A stretch of 63,297 nt of DNA, filler included, from Kipferlia bialata (lineage: Eukaryota), in NCBI GenBank assembly GCA_003568945.1. It is 6 parts of 5 records of this genome, joined end to end, with 100 filler letters (N's around TTAATTAATTAA, not from the genome) between each part and the next. Parts side by side here need not be neighbours in the genome. Positions count along the whole stretch, not along the records: positions 1 to 14,954 come from BDIP01000757.1; positions 15,055 to 23,202 come from BDIP01000759.1; positions 23,303 to 28,573 come from BDIP01000759.1; positions 28,674 to 43,591 come from BDIP01000760.1; 2 more parts are not named here. The stretch is one strand, 5' to 3'. Under the pieces are notes generated by a model that worked only from the letters and a program-made list of their open reading frames with translations, was not told the origin of the DNA and searched no databases. A program made the translations under genes and the position numbers. This document shows, piece by piece, positions 12,262 to 29,312 of this stretch; the stretch's first letter is position 1; the number at the start of each line of letters is the position of its first letter.

Positions 12262-14750
12262 TTATGCATCCACTGCCTTGACCATCATGCCCACCCCACT
12301 GCACACCTCCTCATCACACAGAGTAGGGGAAGGGGAGAGGGGTACACCCAGGGCAGAGGCAACCTGATGTTGGTATAGATGCTATGTATCACATTATATA
12401 TTATTACAGAGAGGCATAGCGGCTACCTTGGGCAAATGGGAGTAGGGTGACAGCTGCTTGAGGAGGGAGGTACGCGTTTCCTGGGACCTGTGGGTCAGAC
12501 CAAGTATATGTCTATTGATAGAGGGTGTAGATACCTGAGTGTTGGCATACAATGGTCATACTATATTGGTACCTGACCATCTCATCGACCCTCTGATGCT
12601 TGGTGTATGTATATATATGTATCTATCCCTATATATATACTACCACTATCTATTCATTTATACCTGACCATCTCATCCACCATGTGCTGACTGGAGTCTA
12701 TCTCTCTCTCTCCCTCTCTTTCCCTATATACATATATGTATACTACTATACACATAGGTACCTAACCATCTCGTCCACCCTCTGCTGACTGGTGTCCCTC
12801 TCTCTCTCTCTCTCCCCGCTATATATATATATACTAGTATACATAAATATACCTGACCATCTCGTCCACCCTCTGCTGACTGGTGTCTATCTCACTCTCT
12901 CTATATCTATATATCTATATATATCTGTGTATATATATATATGTATATACTTATACACACATAAACATACCTAACCATCTCATCCACCCTCTGCTGACTG
13001 GTGTCAATCTCACTCTGCAGAGAGGCCTTCTCCTCAGGGGACAGACCCTTCTTCCGGCCCAGCTTGAACTGCAGCTGGGGTTAGTATGGGAAAGCATAGT
13101 AGTAGATCTAGTATATATACATGAATATAGGAAATAATATATATTTGCATAAAGAGAGAGAGGGAGTAAGAGAGAGACACACGTACCAGATCGACCTCGT
13201 ACTGCCTCTCCTCCACCTCACTCTCTGTCACTACAGATGTACTCTCCAACTGGGACAGAAGGGCAGAGGAGGTGGTCTGGTCAGAAGCAAGGGTATGAAG
13301 ACGGGTAAGGAGTGCCTGAAGTTAGTGTAATGAGGCAAAGGAGCGGAGACGCTTGAGCAGTGCCTGGAGACAGAGAGAGTCTGGTTAGAGGCAAGGGTAT
13401 GAATACGAAACAGGAATGCCGAGAGATAGTCCTTGACTATCAGAGAGATAGGAGGATAGATAGTACCTCTGTCTCCCTGTCCAGCTGGGCACATGCCTCT
13501 GTGTCTGCGGTGGTCAGGGACTGGAGCCTGGTCATGCACTGGGCGACAGAGGGCTGGGGTTAATGGACATGCGTATTAGATAAAGGAAATAGTATACTAT
13601 ATACTATTCAGCTTGCTCATGTACTGGGACAGAGGCCTGGGAAGACTCATTTTGAATTTACATACTTCCAGACACACTGCATGGCAGAATGTGTACATAT
13701 AAACAGTGATACAGAGTACACCGGTAGACATATGGGATACAATACCTGTGTGTCTATGATAGGCCCAGCACATGAGTAGAGGTCCCGGGCCCCAAGGTTG
13801 AACTCCTCAACCTGGGGTGGGGGGAGACTCTCTATTATACCATGATAATACCATATATATCCTATTGAAACCATACATGGGAGAGAAGAGGTTGAACTCC
13901 TCAACCTGGGGTGGGGGGAGAGAACGAGAGAGAGACAGAGAGACACTTCATATACCTGGTGGTACTGCCAAAGTGTAAAAATTCTTTGAGAGAGAGAGAG
14001 AGAGAGAGTAAAAGAGGGGGAGATTTCCTTCGTACTAATATACCTGGTAGTACTGGCGTGTCTGTGCCATGGTGAGGTCGGTCATGTCCTGGGGTGAGAT
14101 AGTATATACACTAAGATATATATATACATTAATAGATACTGCCATAGCTTATATGTGGGTTTGGGTGAGTATATGTCATATGAAAGGGCAGGACCAGAGA
14201 GGGAGACGGACTTGGAGAGACACTAAGCCTAACAACCACAGAGTAAATAGGTTATGTTCGAAATAGACATACCTTAGGCAGTGTGATCCCCCTGACCCCG
14301 TTGATCCTATCCAGTAGACCAGACACAGAGTGGAGGGTGGAGAGGGAGTCAGCTGGTATCAGAAGGGATGGAAAATGAACACTGAGAAGTAGTACAAGTA
14401 TATTCACTGTCTCTTCCAGTATATGATAGTATCATTATGATACACAGAGTGGAGGGTGGACGCAGACTCAGCTGGGGGTGGGTGTATACACATAAGTATA
14501 CAGACATATACAGACTATGTATATGAGAGCGAGTCAGCTGGGTATGAGGAATGACAGAGAATGGACAGAGCGTTGTCAGTCATGCAGTCCCCGTGGAACT
14601 GGTCAAGGCAATAACATATGCATACTTGTGTATAAATATATATATACACATACCTGGGCTGAACTCCAACCCCTTGAGTGCCGTGCAGTCCGTGTGGAAC
14701 TGGTCATGCATGGGGGACAGGGAGGAGTGGAGGGAGGCACAGTCCTCGGA
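12262..14750 (-). CDS. Multi-exon hypothetical coiled-coil protein, 5' end missing or uncertain
   Basis: In-phase exons DSLSTLHSVSGLLDRINGVRGITLPK / DMTDLTMAQTRQYYQ / VEEFNLGARDLYSCAGPIIDTQ / PSVAQCMTRLQSLTTADTEACAQLDRETE / ALLTRLHTL...EVDL / LQFKLGRKK...RVDEMV / RSQETRTSLLKQL / VASALG...MMVKAVDA*, with TAA at 12262-12264. Confidence 0.75.
12570..13015 (-). repeat. Exon-end echo array: real exon end plus four intronic copies of DTSQQRVDEMV + donor GT
   Basis: Copies near 12570, 12661, 12759 and 12851; real exon end near 12969; period about 90-120 nt with TA/CT-rich spacers. Confidence 0.9.
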
Positions 14751-14954
14751 TACAAGCTAGAGTTAGATACATCGATATATAGGATGGCAGAGAGAGAGAG
14801 AGGAGTGGAGGAGGAAGGCATAGTCCGTGCTAACTTGCAGGCAAGCAAGGCAAATACGAGAAGAGTAAGAGAGGAGTGAACAGAAGAGGGACTGCATCAA
14901 GAGAGAGGGGTTGGGGGGGGGGGGGGGGGGGTATCGAAAGGGACCCTTCCTTTT

Positions 14955-15054
14955 NNNNNNNNNNNNNNNNNNNNNNNNNNNNNNNNNNNNNNNNNNNNTT
15001 AATTAATTAANNNNNNNNNNNNNNNNNNNNNNNNNNNNNNNNNNNNNNNNNNNN
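14955..15054. other. Artificial contig-join linker (N44 + TTAATTAATTAA + N44)
   Basis: Exact 100-nt spacer with stops in all six frames; identical at five sites in the window. Confidence 0.97.
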
Positions 15055-15101
<47 letters not shown>

Positions 15102-15158
15102 GAAGAGAGAATTTATATACACTAATACAATATACAATTATACTATATATACACTGTA

Positions 15159-18100
15159 CCTGAGTGGAAGTAGAAGTTTCCGTTGTGCAGGGCAGAGGAT
15201 GCGCCCAGGGCAAAGGAGAACTCAGGCAGGGCACGGCGGAACAGGAGCACAATCTCCTTCCTCTCCTGATGATTAGGATATGGTATATATATATATATAT
15301 ATAAATGTATGTATACAGAGGTTAATAGCTATCCCCTAGTATATATGTACAGTGTCTATATAGACAGACCCCATACCTCGTGCACAAGCATGGCAATTCC
15401 GTAGGAGTTCTCGGGCTGGCCGTGCTTCAGCACTGGGGTGAGCATACACAATAGAGAGAGAGAGAGAATATGAGAGAGAGAGTACCTGGTGTGTTGTTGT
15501 TGTCGAACAGGGTCATGACGTAGATGTCGTCACGGCCCTCAACCTGGTAGATCTCGGGGAGGTGCTGGGGGTGAGACAGGGGGAGAGGAAGATATACAGA
15601 GAGAGAGACAGAGAGAGAGAGGGGGATACCTGGTGGGAGAAGAATGCCACGTTGTTGTCGTAATCCTTGACAATGGGGTTGTAGTCACGGTCAAACAGGG
15701 CAAAGTCCTGGGGGTGAGGGGGAGAGTTGATAACAAGTAACTTATGTATGTATATATTTGTAGTATTCTGTGAAGGGAGCAATTCCCGGGGGTGAGGGAG
15801 AGAGTAAAGCACTGCCATACACACACACTATTTGAATACACTGATATATATATATATATCTACATCTCTCTATACATACATATACATACCTGGATGTTGA
15901 AGAGGGGGTCGCCCTTGGGCACCGACTCATCACCGGAGTCCCAGTTGAGCTTGTACACAGAGTCCTGGTTACGGACAGAGATGACAAGGTTCTTGTCCCT
16001 GAGGGGGTGAGGAGAGAGCGATAAGAGATAGGGAGAGAGAGAGAGAGAGAGAGGATGCCTCCGTACCTGGGGTCGTAGAAGAGGGAGTTGGCGTGTGTCC
16101 TGTCGGAGGATGTGTCTCCGTAGTAGATGGCCTCGACGGCTAGGAGGTCCAGGTTGAAGTACCTGGGGGGAGAGGCAGACAGAGCAAGAGATCAAGAGCA
16201 AGTATGTATATATATAAACACCCCCACTCACAGGTTGTTGTATGTCCTCTCCATCTGCTCCTCCAGTGTCCAGCCGATGTGCTCCTTGCTGTTCCACACT
16301 CTGACCAGGTTGTGCTCGGCATCGAACTTGAGGATCAGGTCCCAGTGCTCCTGGGGGTTAGAGAGAGGGGGGGGGGGTCTGCATCAATATATCATGCCAA
16401 CTTGTGACTAAGCACATACATACCTCAGGCTGCTGGGCTCTCTCCAGGGGCACGGGGATGTCAGTCTCCTTGAACCTACAGATGAGAGGGATATATTTAT
16501 AGCTGCATTACCAACACCATACCCACCTCTTCGTCCACTGCTAGAGAGAGGGAGGGAGGGATTTACATATACACACATATATATATAGATATAGAGATTT
16601 CATTGCCCCCACCTCTTCCACCACTCCTTGCCAAGGCACACCTCGGGCTCACGGGTCTTGTCCACGGTGGTGAATCCTGGAGTGAGAGAGAGAACGGGTG
16701 AGAGAGGGGGGGGGAGATCGATAACACTTGTAATATATACCCATAGGTGAATGCCCCTCACCTGCATACATGATGGTGGATCCGTCTGGCATCCTGATGA
16801 CATCGTGGTGGCTAAGGGGTCAGAGGGAGAGAGGCAGAGAGAGAGAGAGAGAGAGATAGTGTCGTGTATCTATATGAGCACACAACTGCGCACCCGACTG
16901 TCTGACACACAACTGTCTCCCCGTAGTCGAGGAAGAGGTCGTTGAGCTTCCAGACGTTCATGGTCCAGATGGGGACACCCTCCTCATCAACCTCGGCAAA
17001 GGTGCCAGAGGTGGTGGAGTGGGAGAGACCGGGGTTCATGGAGGATCCACCGGAGGCATCCATGAACCTGGGGGGTGAGGTATAGGTACAATATATACAT
17101 ACACATGCATATACATATAGAAAGAGAGAGAGAGACTATATCCACGCACCAGTGTCCACGTCCAGCGGGCCTAGACACAATGCCGGAGATGGGGTTGGCG
17201 TGCTTGAAGGCACCGTCGTAGTGGGGGATGTAGTACACAACCTCACCGGCCAGATCAGTGGCAAAGACTGGGGGTCAGGGGATGTACACAGAGCGCATAT
17301 ATATACTATAACCTACTTACAATCTGTATGTATATATATCCGTACCCAGTGTGTAGTGGACCGGGGCCCTGATCAGAGCAGACCACATGATGAGACCGTC
17401 CTCGGTGGACACTGGGGGGTCAGAAGAGGGGGGACACTATATATATACATACAGACACATACCTCCAGTCTTGGCCTCCACGAGCTCCTGCTGCATCTTG
17501 ATGCCCCCCTTGGGCATGGCCTCCTTGACTGCGTCGGGGAAGTCCCTGGTCTTGTACTTGGACAGACCAGAGGCAACGACAGAGGGGGCAGAGTCAGAGG
17601 GCTCGATGTAGGTGGCCTGGGGGTAGGTATATGTCTATACAGAAGGACAGTCTCTATATGTACAGTTGATTTAGGGGGCCTCGAGGAACATGCTGACACT
17701 GACACTGCCACTGATACCTGGGACACGAGGGAGTTGAACTCGTAGTCGGCATCGTAGGGCTGGGGCCTCACGACACGCACGTACTCGTGCTTCATCTGGA
17801 AGTGAGTGAGAGAGGGAGAGAGTGCGTGTGTGTACATAGATGCCTAATCCCCCACCTCATACTTTGTCTTGACATACATGCCGGTGACTGTGAGGAAGGT
17901 GGGCCTGCCCTCCTGCATCTCCACGCAGGTGGTCCTCTTCCAGTCGTCCCTGGAGCCTGCCCTGCGGTACATGACCCTCATGCACATGTCCGTGGTGTAC
18001 TCGCCAGACACACTCCTGTAGGCAGAGGCCAGGGCAGACATGTCGACGGGGGGGATGGCGTAGCGGCACCCGAGGTTGAGGTAGTCGAGGTCCTTGACGG

Positions 18101-19265
18101 TGACGGGCACCTTGGCAGGGGTCTTGGAGGGGGTCAGGGGGGTCAGGGGGACGACGCGGACCTGGGGTCAGAGAGGGACAAATATATACATATATACAGA
18201 GAGAGAGAGTGTGTGTGTGTATCCCCACCTTCTTGGTGACTGTCTCGACGTCGTGTGTGGTGGAGTGGGGTCCCCAGTTGTAGATGCCGTCCTCGTTGTA
18301 GGGGTTGTACATGAGCCTGTTGCCGTGCTGTACAGTCACAGTCCACACACCCTCGCGGTCGGGCTTGAACATGGAGTTGACGCCTTAGGGGTCAGAAGCA
18401 TATGTATACATACACAATGTAGTGACACCCACCTGCGTCCCAGTAGCGGATGTTCTTGGCCTCGGGCCAGGACTCGTGCTGGATGTCGACCTAGGGGGTG
18501 AGCAGAGTGTGTGTATGTGTGTGTGTGTGAGAGAGAGATAGAGATGTACCTTGAAGAGTCCGATGTAGTCCTCGGGGGTCTCTCCCTTGTACCTGAGCTG
18601 GAGGAGGACGCTGTCACCAACCTGGGGGGTGAGGTGGGCATCAGTATACAAATAGAGTATACAATTAATAGACCATATGTATATATATAAGCGAATAGCA
18701 TAGTCCCTACCTGGGGCAGGGGCAGGTCGTTCTCGGCCATGAGGGAGAGGGAGTGCTTGTAGTCGAGGAAGGTGAGGCCGGGGGGCAGGGCCTCGTAGGC
18801 AGCGGCGGCAGCCTTCTTGGCCTGGATCTGGAGAGTGAGGGGAGGGGAGACAGAAAGTGACAGACTTGGGGGTTGGCACTGATATACCACTCTCACCCGA
18901 ACACATGGACATATCTATATCTGTCTATACACATGCATACCCTGGGCATGGCCTCCATGGCAACGAGGGATATGTAGATAGCATATATAAGCTAGATATA
19001 GTATATATACACATATGCATACACATACCCTGGGCATGGCCACCATAGCAACGAGGGAGGCCAGGATCACAAGGGCAATGCAGCAGCAGTTGCACAGCCA
19101 CCTGATGCCGCAGCAGCAGCCAACGGGGGTGCACCGCATCTGGCGCAGGAGCAGGGGCTGCGTTAGGAGGCAAAAGGTGCCGGGAAGGAAATAAGTGCAC
19201 CATTTCAGTATGGGAAAAGATGTAAATCTTACTGCGACCTCCACAAGCATCAATATACACAACAT
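15159..19265 (-). CDS. Arylsulfotransferase (ASST-family beta-propeller) with N-terminal Cys-rich/TM anchor; 3' end lost at contig break
   Basis: Spliced exons give HHDVIRMPDGS, EHWDLILKFD, RTHANSLFYDP-RDKNLVISVRNQDSVYKLNW, FFSHQ, VMTLFDNNN and ALGASSALHNGNFYFHSG, in the order typical of ASST. N-terminus has GCCCGIRWLCNCCCIALVILASLVAMVAM. Confidence 0.8.
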
Positions 19266-20029
19266 GTGGTCATCTCTCTATGCGCAGTAACTGGGCAAGG
19301 GAATATGTGTATGGGAGTGGTCTAGCGGAGTGGATTTGGCATGGTCAAGGGGAGATATCAGTCAAACGTTTGACGGTCTAAGGACATGCTATATAGTGCC
19401 GCAGGGCAAATATATACTGTGGGTAGCAGGGTACGTACCGGCTGGTGGACCGCACGGCCATTGCCGACATATGAGACTCCCATATTGACGACTAAAGAGT
19501 CAGGAGTGAGCAGAGTTCTTGTTTTTGAGACTGAACCCTTTGTTCCAGTCTGGGACTCGTTTTGTGACATTGATAGGCGTCTTGAGTGACATTGATACAG
19601 CTATTCATTGATTCCAAGCATATACATACATACATACATACACACGCACCCATGAGGGTATCATATAGAACAAAGAAAACTTCCGAACTTCAACCAATGG
19701 GTGTCTGTGTCTATTGTGGTCCACCCTATACTAGGATATCTGTCTTGCAGTATCCCCAATATGAGTGTGTACCCATGCTATGCACATCCCTAAGCAGTCT
19801 AGCTGCAACTGTGCAATTGTTACAAACTGTAGAAAACGCTAAAGCTATAAAAGAAGAAAATACCACTGATAATGGTATAGATAGTGTGGAGGCATGGTTA
19901 GTATCCACCAGCCTCCAGTAACGGTGTAGGGGTGAGGGGCTAGGAGTGTGTCAGCCCTTGGGTAACTGCACTCTCTCTCCCCCTCCCCCCATGGGTTTAC
20001 CCTCTAAGTACCCTAGGTACCACTAGCTA

Positions 20030-22994
20030 CTACCCCTTCTGCGTCCCCATCCTCACACACTTCATGTCTGCAAAGTGTGCCTGGCCCTCAGGGGAGAATG
20101 AGTTGTGGGCGAGGTTGAGGGAGGTGAGGGTCGGGTAGTGCGCGGCCAGGGTCTTGAGGACATCCACGTGTGCATCGCAGAAGTCGTTGTGGGTGAGGAC
20201 AAGCTTCTTCAAGGAGGGCAGTGTGGGGGGGTTCCTGGGATATATTCATAGTAACATACACTACTTTATCACTCAATTTACATCCCCTCTATACATATGA
20301 TACTATCTATATACATATGATACTATCCCTACCTTGCCATTCTCCACACATACTCCGCACACTCCTGCACCGCTGTCCCCAGGCCACACCTCACCAGCTT
20401 GAGGGTCTGCAGGGAGGCCCTCCCATCCATGCATCTAAACAGGGCCTCGGGGGCACTGGGGGTGAGTATCATATATATATATATATAAATATATAGATAG
20501 ATAGATAGAGATAGATATTTAGATTGTTACTGATACAGATACTGGAACAGGGCCTCAGGGGCACTGGGGGTGAGCATCATATATTGGAACACATACTATA
20601 TATACTATTCACACAATGACACCCACCCATCTATGGCTGCCAGTGGCTTGTCTGCCAGTTTGAGGGACTGGAGGTTGGGCAGCAGCTCTAGGATGCCCAT
20701 CAGACAGTCAATCTCCTGAGTCTCTGGGGTGAGGCAGGACAGAGACTATGACACACTCTGTATAGTATATATGAGAAACCATATACTTACTCAAGTGCAT
20801 GACCCCAATATTATATATAGTATACATAAGTATATAGTATATATGTCCTTATACTCACTTGAGTGCATGACCCCCGAGTCATCATACTTCCTGACAGCCT
20901 CGGGGTGGGGCAGGGACCTGAAGAACTCAGAGACTAGGGAGGCACCAGTGTCTATGGGTGAGAGAGAGAGAGGTAGAGGGGGAGAGATACACCAGTAACT
21001 ACCTGACTGCAGTGTCCCCATCCGGACTGTGACCAATACCCCCAGTCTGTCTATGTGTGCTATCAGGTAGGTGAGGTCTGCGTCTGTCAGCATCAGCCCT
21101 GACAGGTTGAGCACACCCCGCTGGGAGGCACACTCATGCACAGCAAGCACCATGGCTGGGTGAGATATTGATGTACTACCATAGATAGAGGATAGGGAGG
21201 GTGTATATATACTATGTGTACTCTACTGAAACTCATGCACAGCTCCCACCATGGCTGGCGGGTCAGAGTATAGATACAGATATATATATATATATAATCC
21301 ACAGGACAGAGAGGGTATATACTACATGTACTCTGTATCTAGCTGACCCACCCTTGCTGGGCCCCCCTGGACTGGAGTAGTCCTTAGGCATAGGCACCTC
21401 TGCCCTAGGTACAGCCCTGGGAGACCCCCTCACCCTAGGCACCCTCAGCCTGTGGGTGCGGGGGTTGTGGTTGTGGGGGTCACGGGGAGAGCGTTGCGGG
21501 CTCTTAGAGAAAGATCCGCTGTCGTCCGAGAAGATACTAGGATGAGACAGTAGAGAGAGAGAGAGAGAGAGAGTGTGTGTGTGTGTATGTATTTGTCTAT
21601 CCTCTCTATAACCCCCTACCTAGTGCAGCTTGTACTCCCCGGCCCTGTCTCTGAGCCCTGGTGCTGACTGGTGACGTGTTGCTGCACCAGCGCTGCCACC
21701 TCATCGTTAGCATATCATATTATATATATATTATATATATATTATATATATTATATATTATATGCTGAGGTACTGATACTGATACTGATACTAATACCTC
21801 CTCATCAGCATCTGGTGCGGTGCTGACCATAGAGAGGTCTGCCAGGACATTGCCAAGACGCACATGCAGGGCAGACAGCTGGGACTCTAGGAGTGAGGGG
21901 ATGCACACTAATGAATATATACACATACACTGTATACGTATCATACACATATGACATGGAGGGCAGACAGCTGGGACTCTGGGGTCAGAAAGTATGCATA
22001 CTAATGTGTATATACATATATACTACATACATGGAGGGCAGACAGCTGGGACTCTGGGGTTAGTAAGGAGAGACGATAGATAGAAAGACAGAGTATACAT
22101 GTATACATATGTACACATACACACCTATGTCCTGCTTCTGCCTGACCAGTGTTAGTAGGTGATATATACATATATATATATATATATATGAATTGATATA
22201 AATAGAACGAGGTTCCCACCTATGTCCTGCTTCTGCCTGACCAGTGCCCGTGCTCTATCTAGTGCACTGCCTATGCATGGTGCCACACCCCTGAAGACAG
22301 GGCTGGCAAGGAGGGTGGACGCACTGGGGCGCTCCTGGGGTAAGAAGAATACACTAACTATATGTCTAGGTACGTGTATATATACATTAAGGAGAAAGGA
22401 GGCATTGGGTCTCTCCTGGGGTTGGCTGTATAAGTATATATACCATGCTATGCTATGCTACATATATACATCCATATATATAAATATGTATATCTGGAAA
22501 GGAGAGTGGAGGCACAGTGGCGCTCCTGGGGTGAGGTATCCTCTATATAGTATATAAGTATACATATGTATTATAGTATATATCATTCCATCCCAAGTCT
22601 CCTCATACCTCTGGGTCTGCCCTGAGCATCGAGTGGATCAGAGGCACCAGGGGCCCATGCTTCTTGACCAGCAAGGGGGGGAAGGAGGCTGTCTCAAGGA
22701 GGTGGGTCAGGGCAGCCATGTTGTCGGCCTGGGGGTGAGGGATGCACCAGTTGTATAATTGCACATATATACACCATAGTATAAACATGGTGGGTGAGTA
22801 TAGTATGGCCATGATACACACACTGTGCCATGAATGGATTCCTCTGCACACTATACTATAATACACTACATATACAGTATACACGAGACACTATACACAC
22901 TATATGTACCTTGAATGGGTGCCTCCCAGATACCAGCTCATAGAGCACACACCCCATGGACCAGATGTCAGTCTTCTCGTCATACGCATCGCCC
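20030..22994 (-). CDS. NEK-like Ser/Thr kinase (C-lobe visible) fused to C-terminal RNI-type leucine-rich repeats; 5' partial
   Basis: Kinase subdomains [32 protein letters not shown] / ADNMAAL...[11 protein letters not shown] / ERPSASTLL. LRRs: [45 protein letters not shown]. Stop TAG at 20030. Confidence 0.85.
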
Positions 22995-23202
22995 CTGGGA
23001 TGAGTATAGAGAGTAATTATCCACACACACATACATACATATATATATATATACTGGGACTGACTGGTATTTTCTCGTCAGAGGCATCGCCCCTGGGGTG
23101 AGGCAATATAGTATATATTTACATACTATATAGAGAGAGGGATGGTGTGTGTGTGTGAGGAAGGGGGGGGGGGGGGCAAAGAGGGGTGTGTTACTCTTGA
23201 TG

Positions 23203-23302
23203 NNNNNNNNNNNNNNNNNNNNNNNNNNNNNNNNNNNNNNNNNNNNTTAATTAATTAANNNNNNNNNNNNNNNNNNNNNNNNNNNNNNNNNNNNNNNNNN
23301 NN
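23203..23302. other. Artificial contig-join linker
   Basis: N44-TTAATTAATTAA-N44. Confidence 0.97.
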
Positions 23303-23360
23303 TTTCCCCCCCTTCCCCCCGGACCCCCCCCCCCCCCCCCTCTCTCTCTATATATATATA

Positions 23361-23394
<34 letters not shown>

Positions 23395-23412
23395 CAGATA
23401 GGTATCCATATA

Positions 23413-28492
<5,080 letters not shown>

Positions 28493-28519
28493 CTACATAT
28501 CTACATACACTATATATAC

Positions 28520-28573
<54 letters not shown>

Positions 28574-28673
28574 NNNNNNNNNNNNNNNNNNNNNNNNNNN
28601 NNNNNNNNNNNNNNNNNTTAATTAATTAANNNNNNNNNNNNNNNNNNNNNNNNNNNNNNNNNNNNNNNNNNNN
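28574..28673. other. Artificial contig-join linker
   Basis: N44-TTAATTAATTAA-N44. Confidence 0.97.
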
Positions 28674-28728
<55 letters not shown>

Positions 28729-28860
28729 ATCCCCCAAGAACTCTTTCTCTACTTGTATTACTTCCGTTCACAATGGTTGTTCCCCCCCTCACCCCCCCCC
28801 TCTCCCTCCAATCTTAAAACACATATACGCATATTCATAGACATTCCCCTCTCTGATATA

Positions 28861-29312
28861 TAGGTCATCACCGGTGGCTAAGACGGGTGTGTTAAGATAT
28901 CCATACATATATCCATATTTACGTATGCATATATGCAAACTGTTTGTATGCATCTTCCTCATCCCTAGGTCATCACCGGTGGCTACGATGGCTGAGTCAA
29001 GCTGTGTATACATACATATGTATATCATTATATATATATATATACGTGTGTCTTTCTATTCTAATATCTAGGTCATCACCGGTGGCTACGATGGCTGTGT
29101 CAAGCTAAACTCATATATGCTTATATGTATATCTATGTGTGTATATAGATACTCCTGTACTAATACCTAGGTTATCACTGGTGGCTACGATGGGTGTGTC
29201 AAAGCTGTGCATACATATATATATATATACATATATGTATATGTATACGTGTGTCTTTCCATACTAATACATTAGGTCATCACCGGTGGCTATGATGGCT
29301 GTGTCAAGCTGT
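28861..29312 (+). repeat. Exon-start echo array: four intronic copies of acceptor + VITGGYDGCVK before the real exon
   Basis: Units start at 28864, 28969, 29072 and 29171; the real exon starts at 29276. Confidence 0.92.

Noticed and set aside
14999..15010. TTAATTAATTAA palindrome recurring five times
   Set aside because: Always centred in exactly 44+44 N; a synthetic six-frame-stop linker.
14750..15270. Fusion or functional linkage of the arylsulfotransferase with the downstream coiled-coil gene
   Set aside because: They are separated by an artificial linker; adjacency is not evidence.
21695..21712. Unusual acceptor CTAACGATGAG in the kinase gene
   Set aside because: Still an AG acceptor with a normal branch motif; only the -3 G is uncommon.
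28861..29312. Repeat-spacer arrays resembling CRISPR (also 12570-13015, 35954-36338, 37570-38062, 58170-58535)
   Set aside because: The repeats are copies of exon ends, the spacers are related low-complexity intron DNA, the host is eukaryotic and no cas genes are present.
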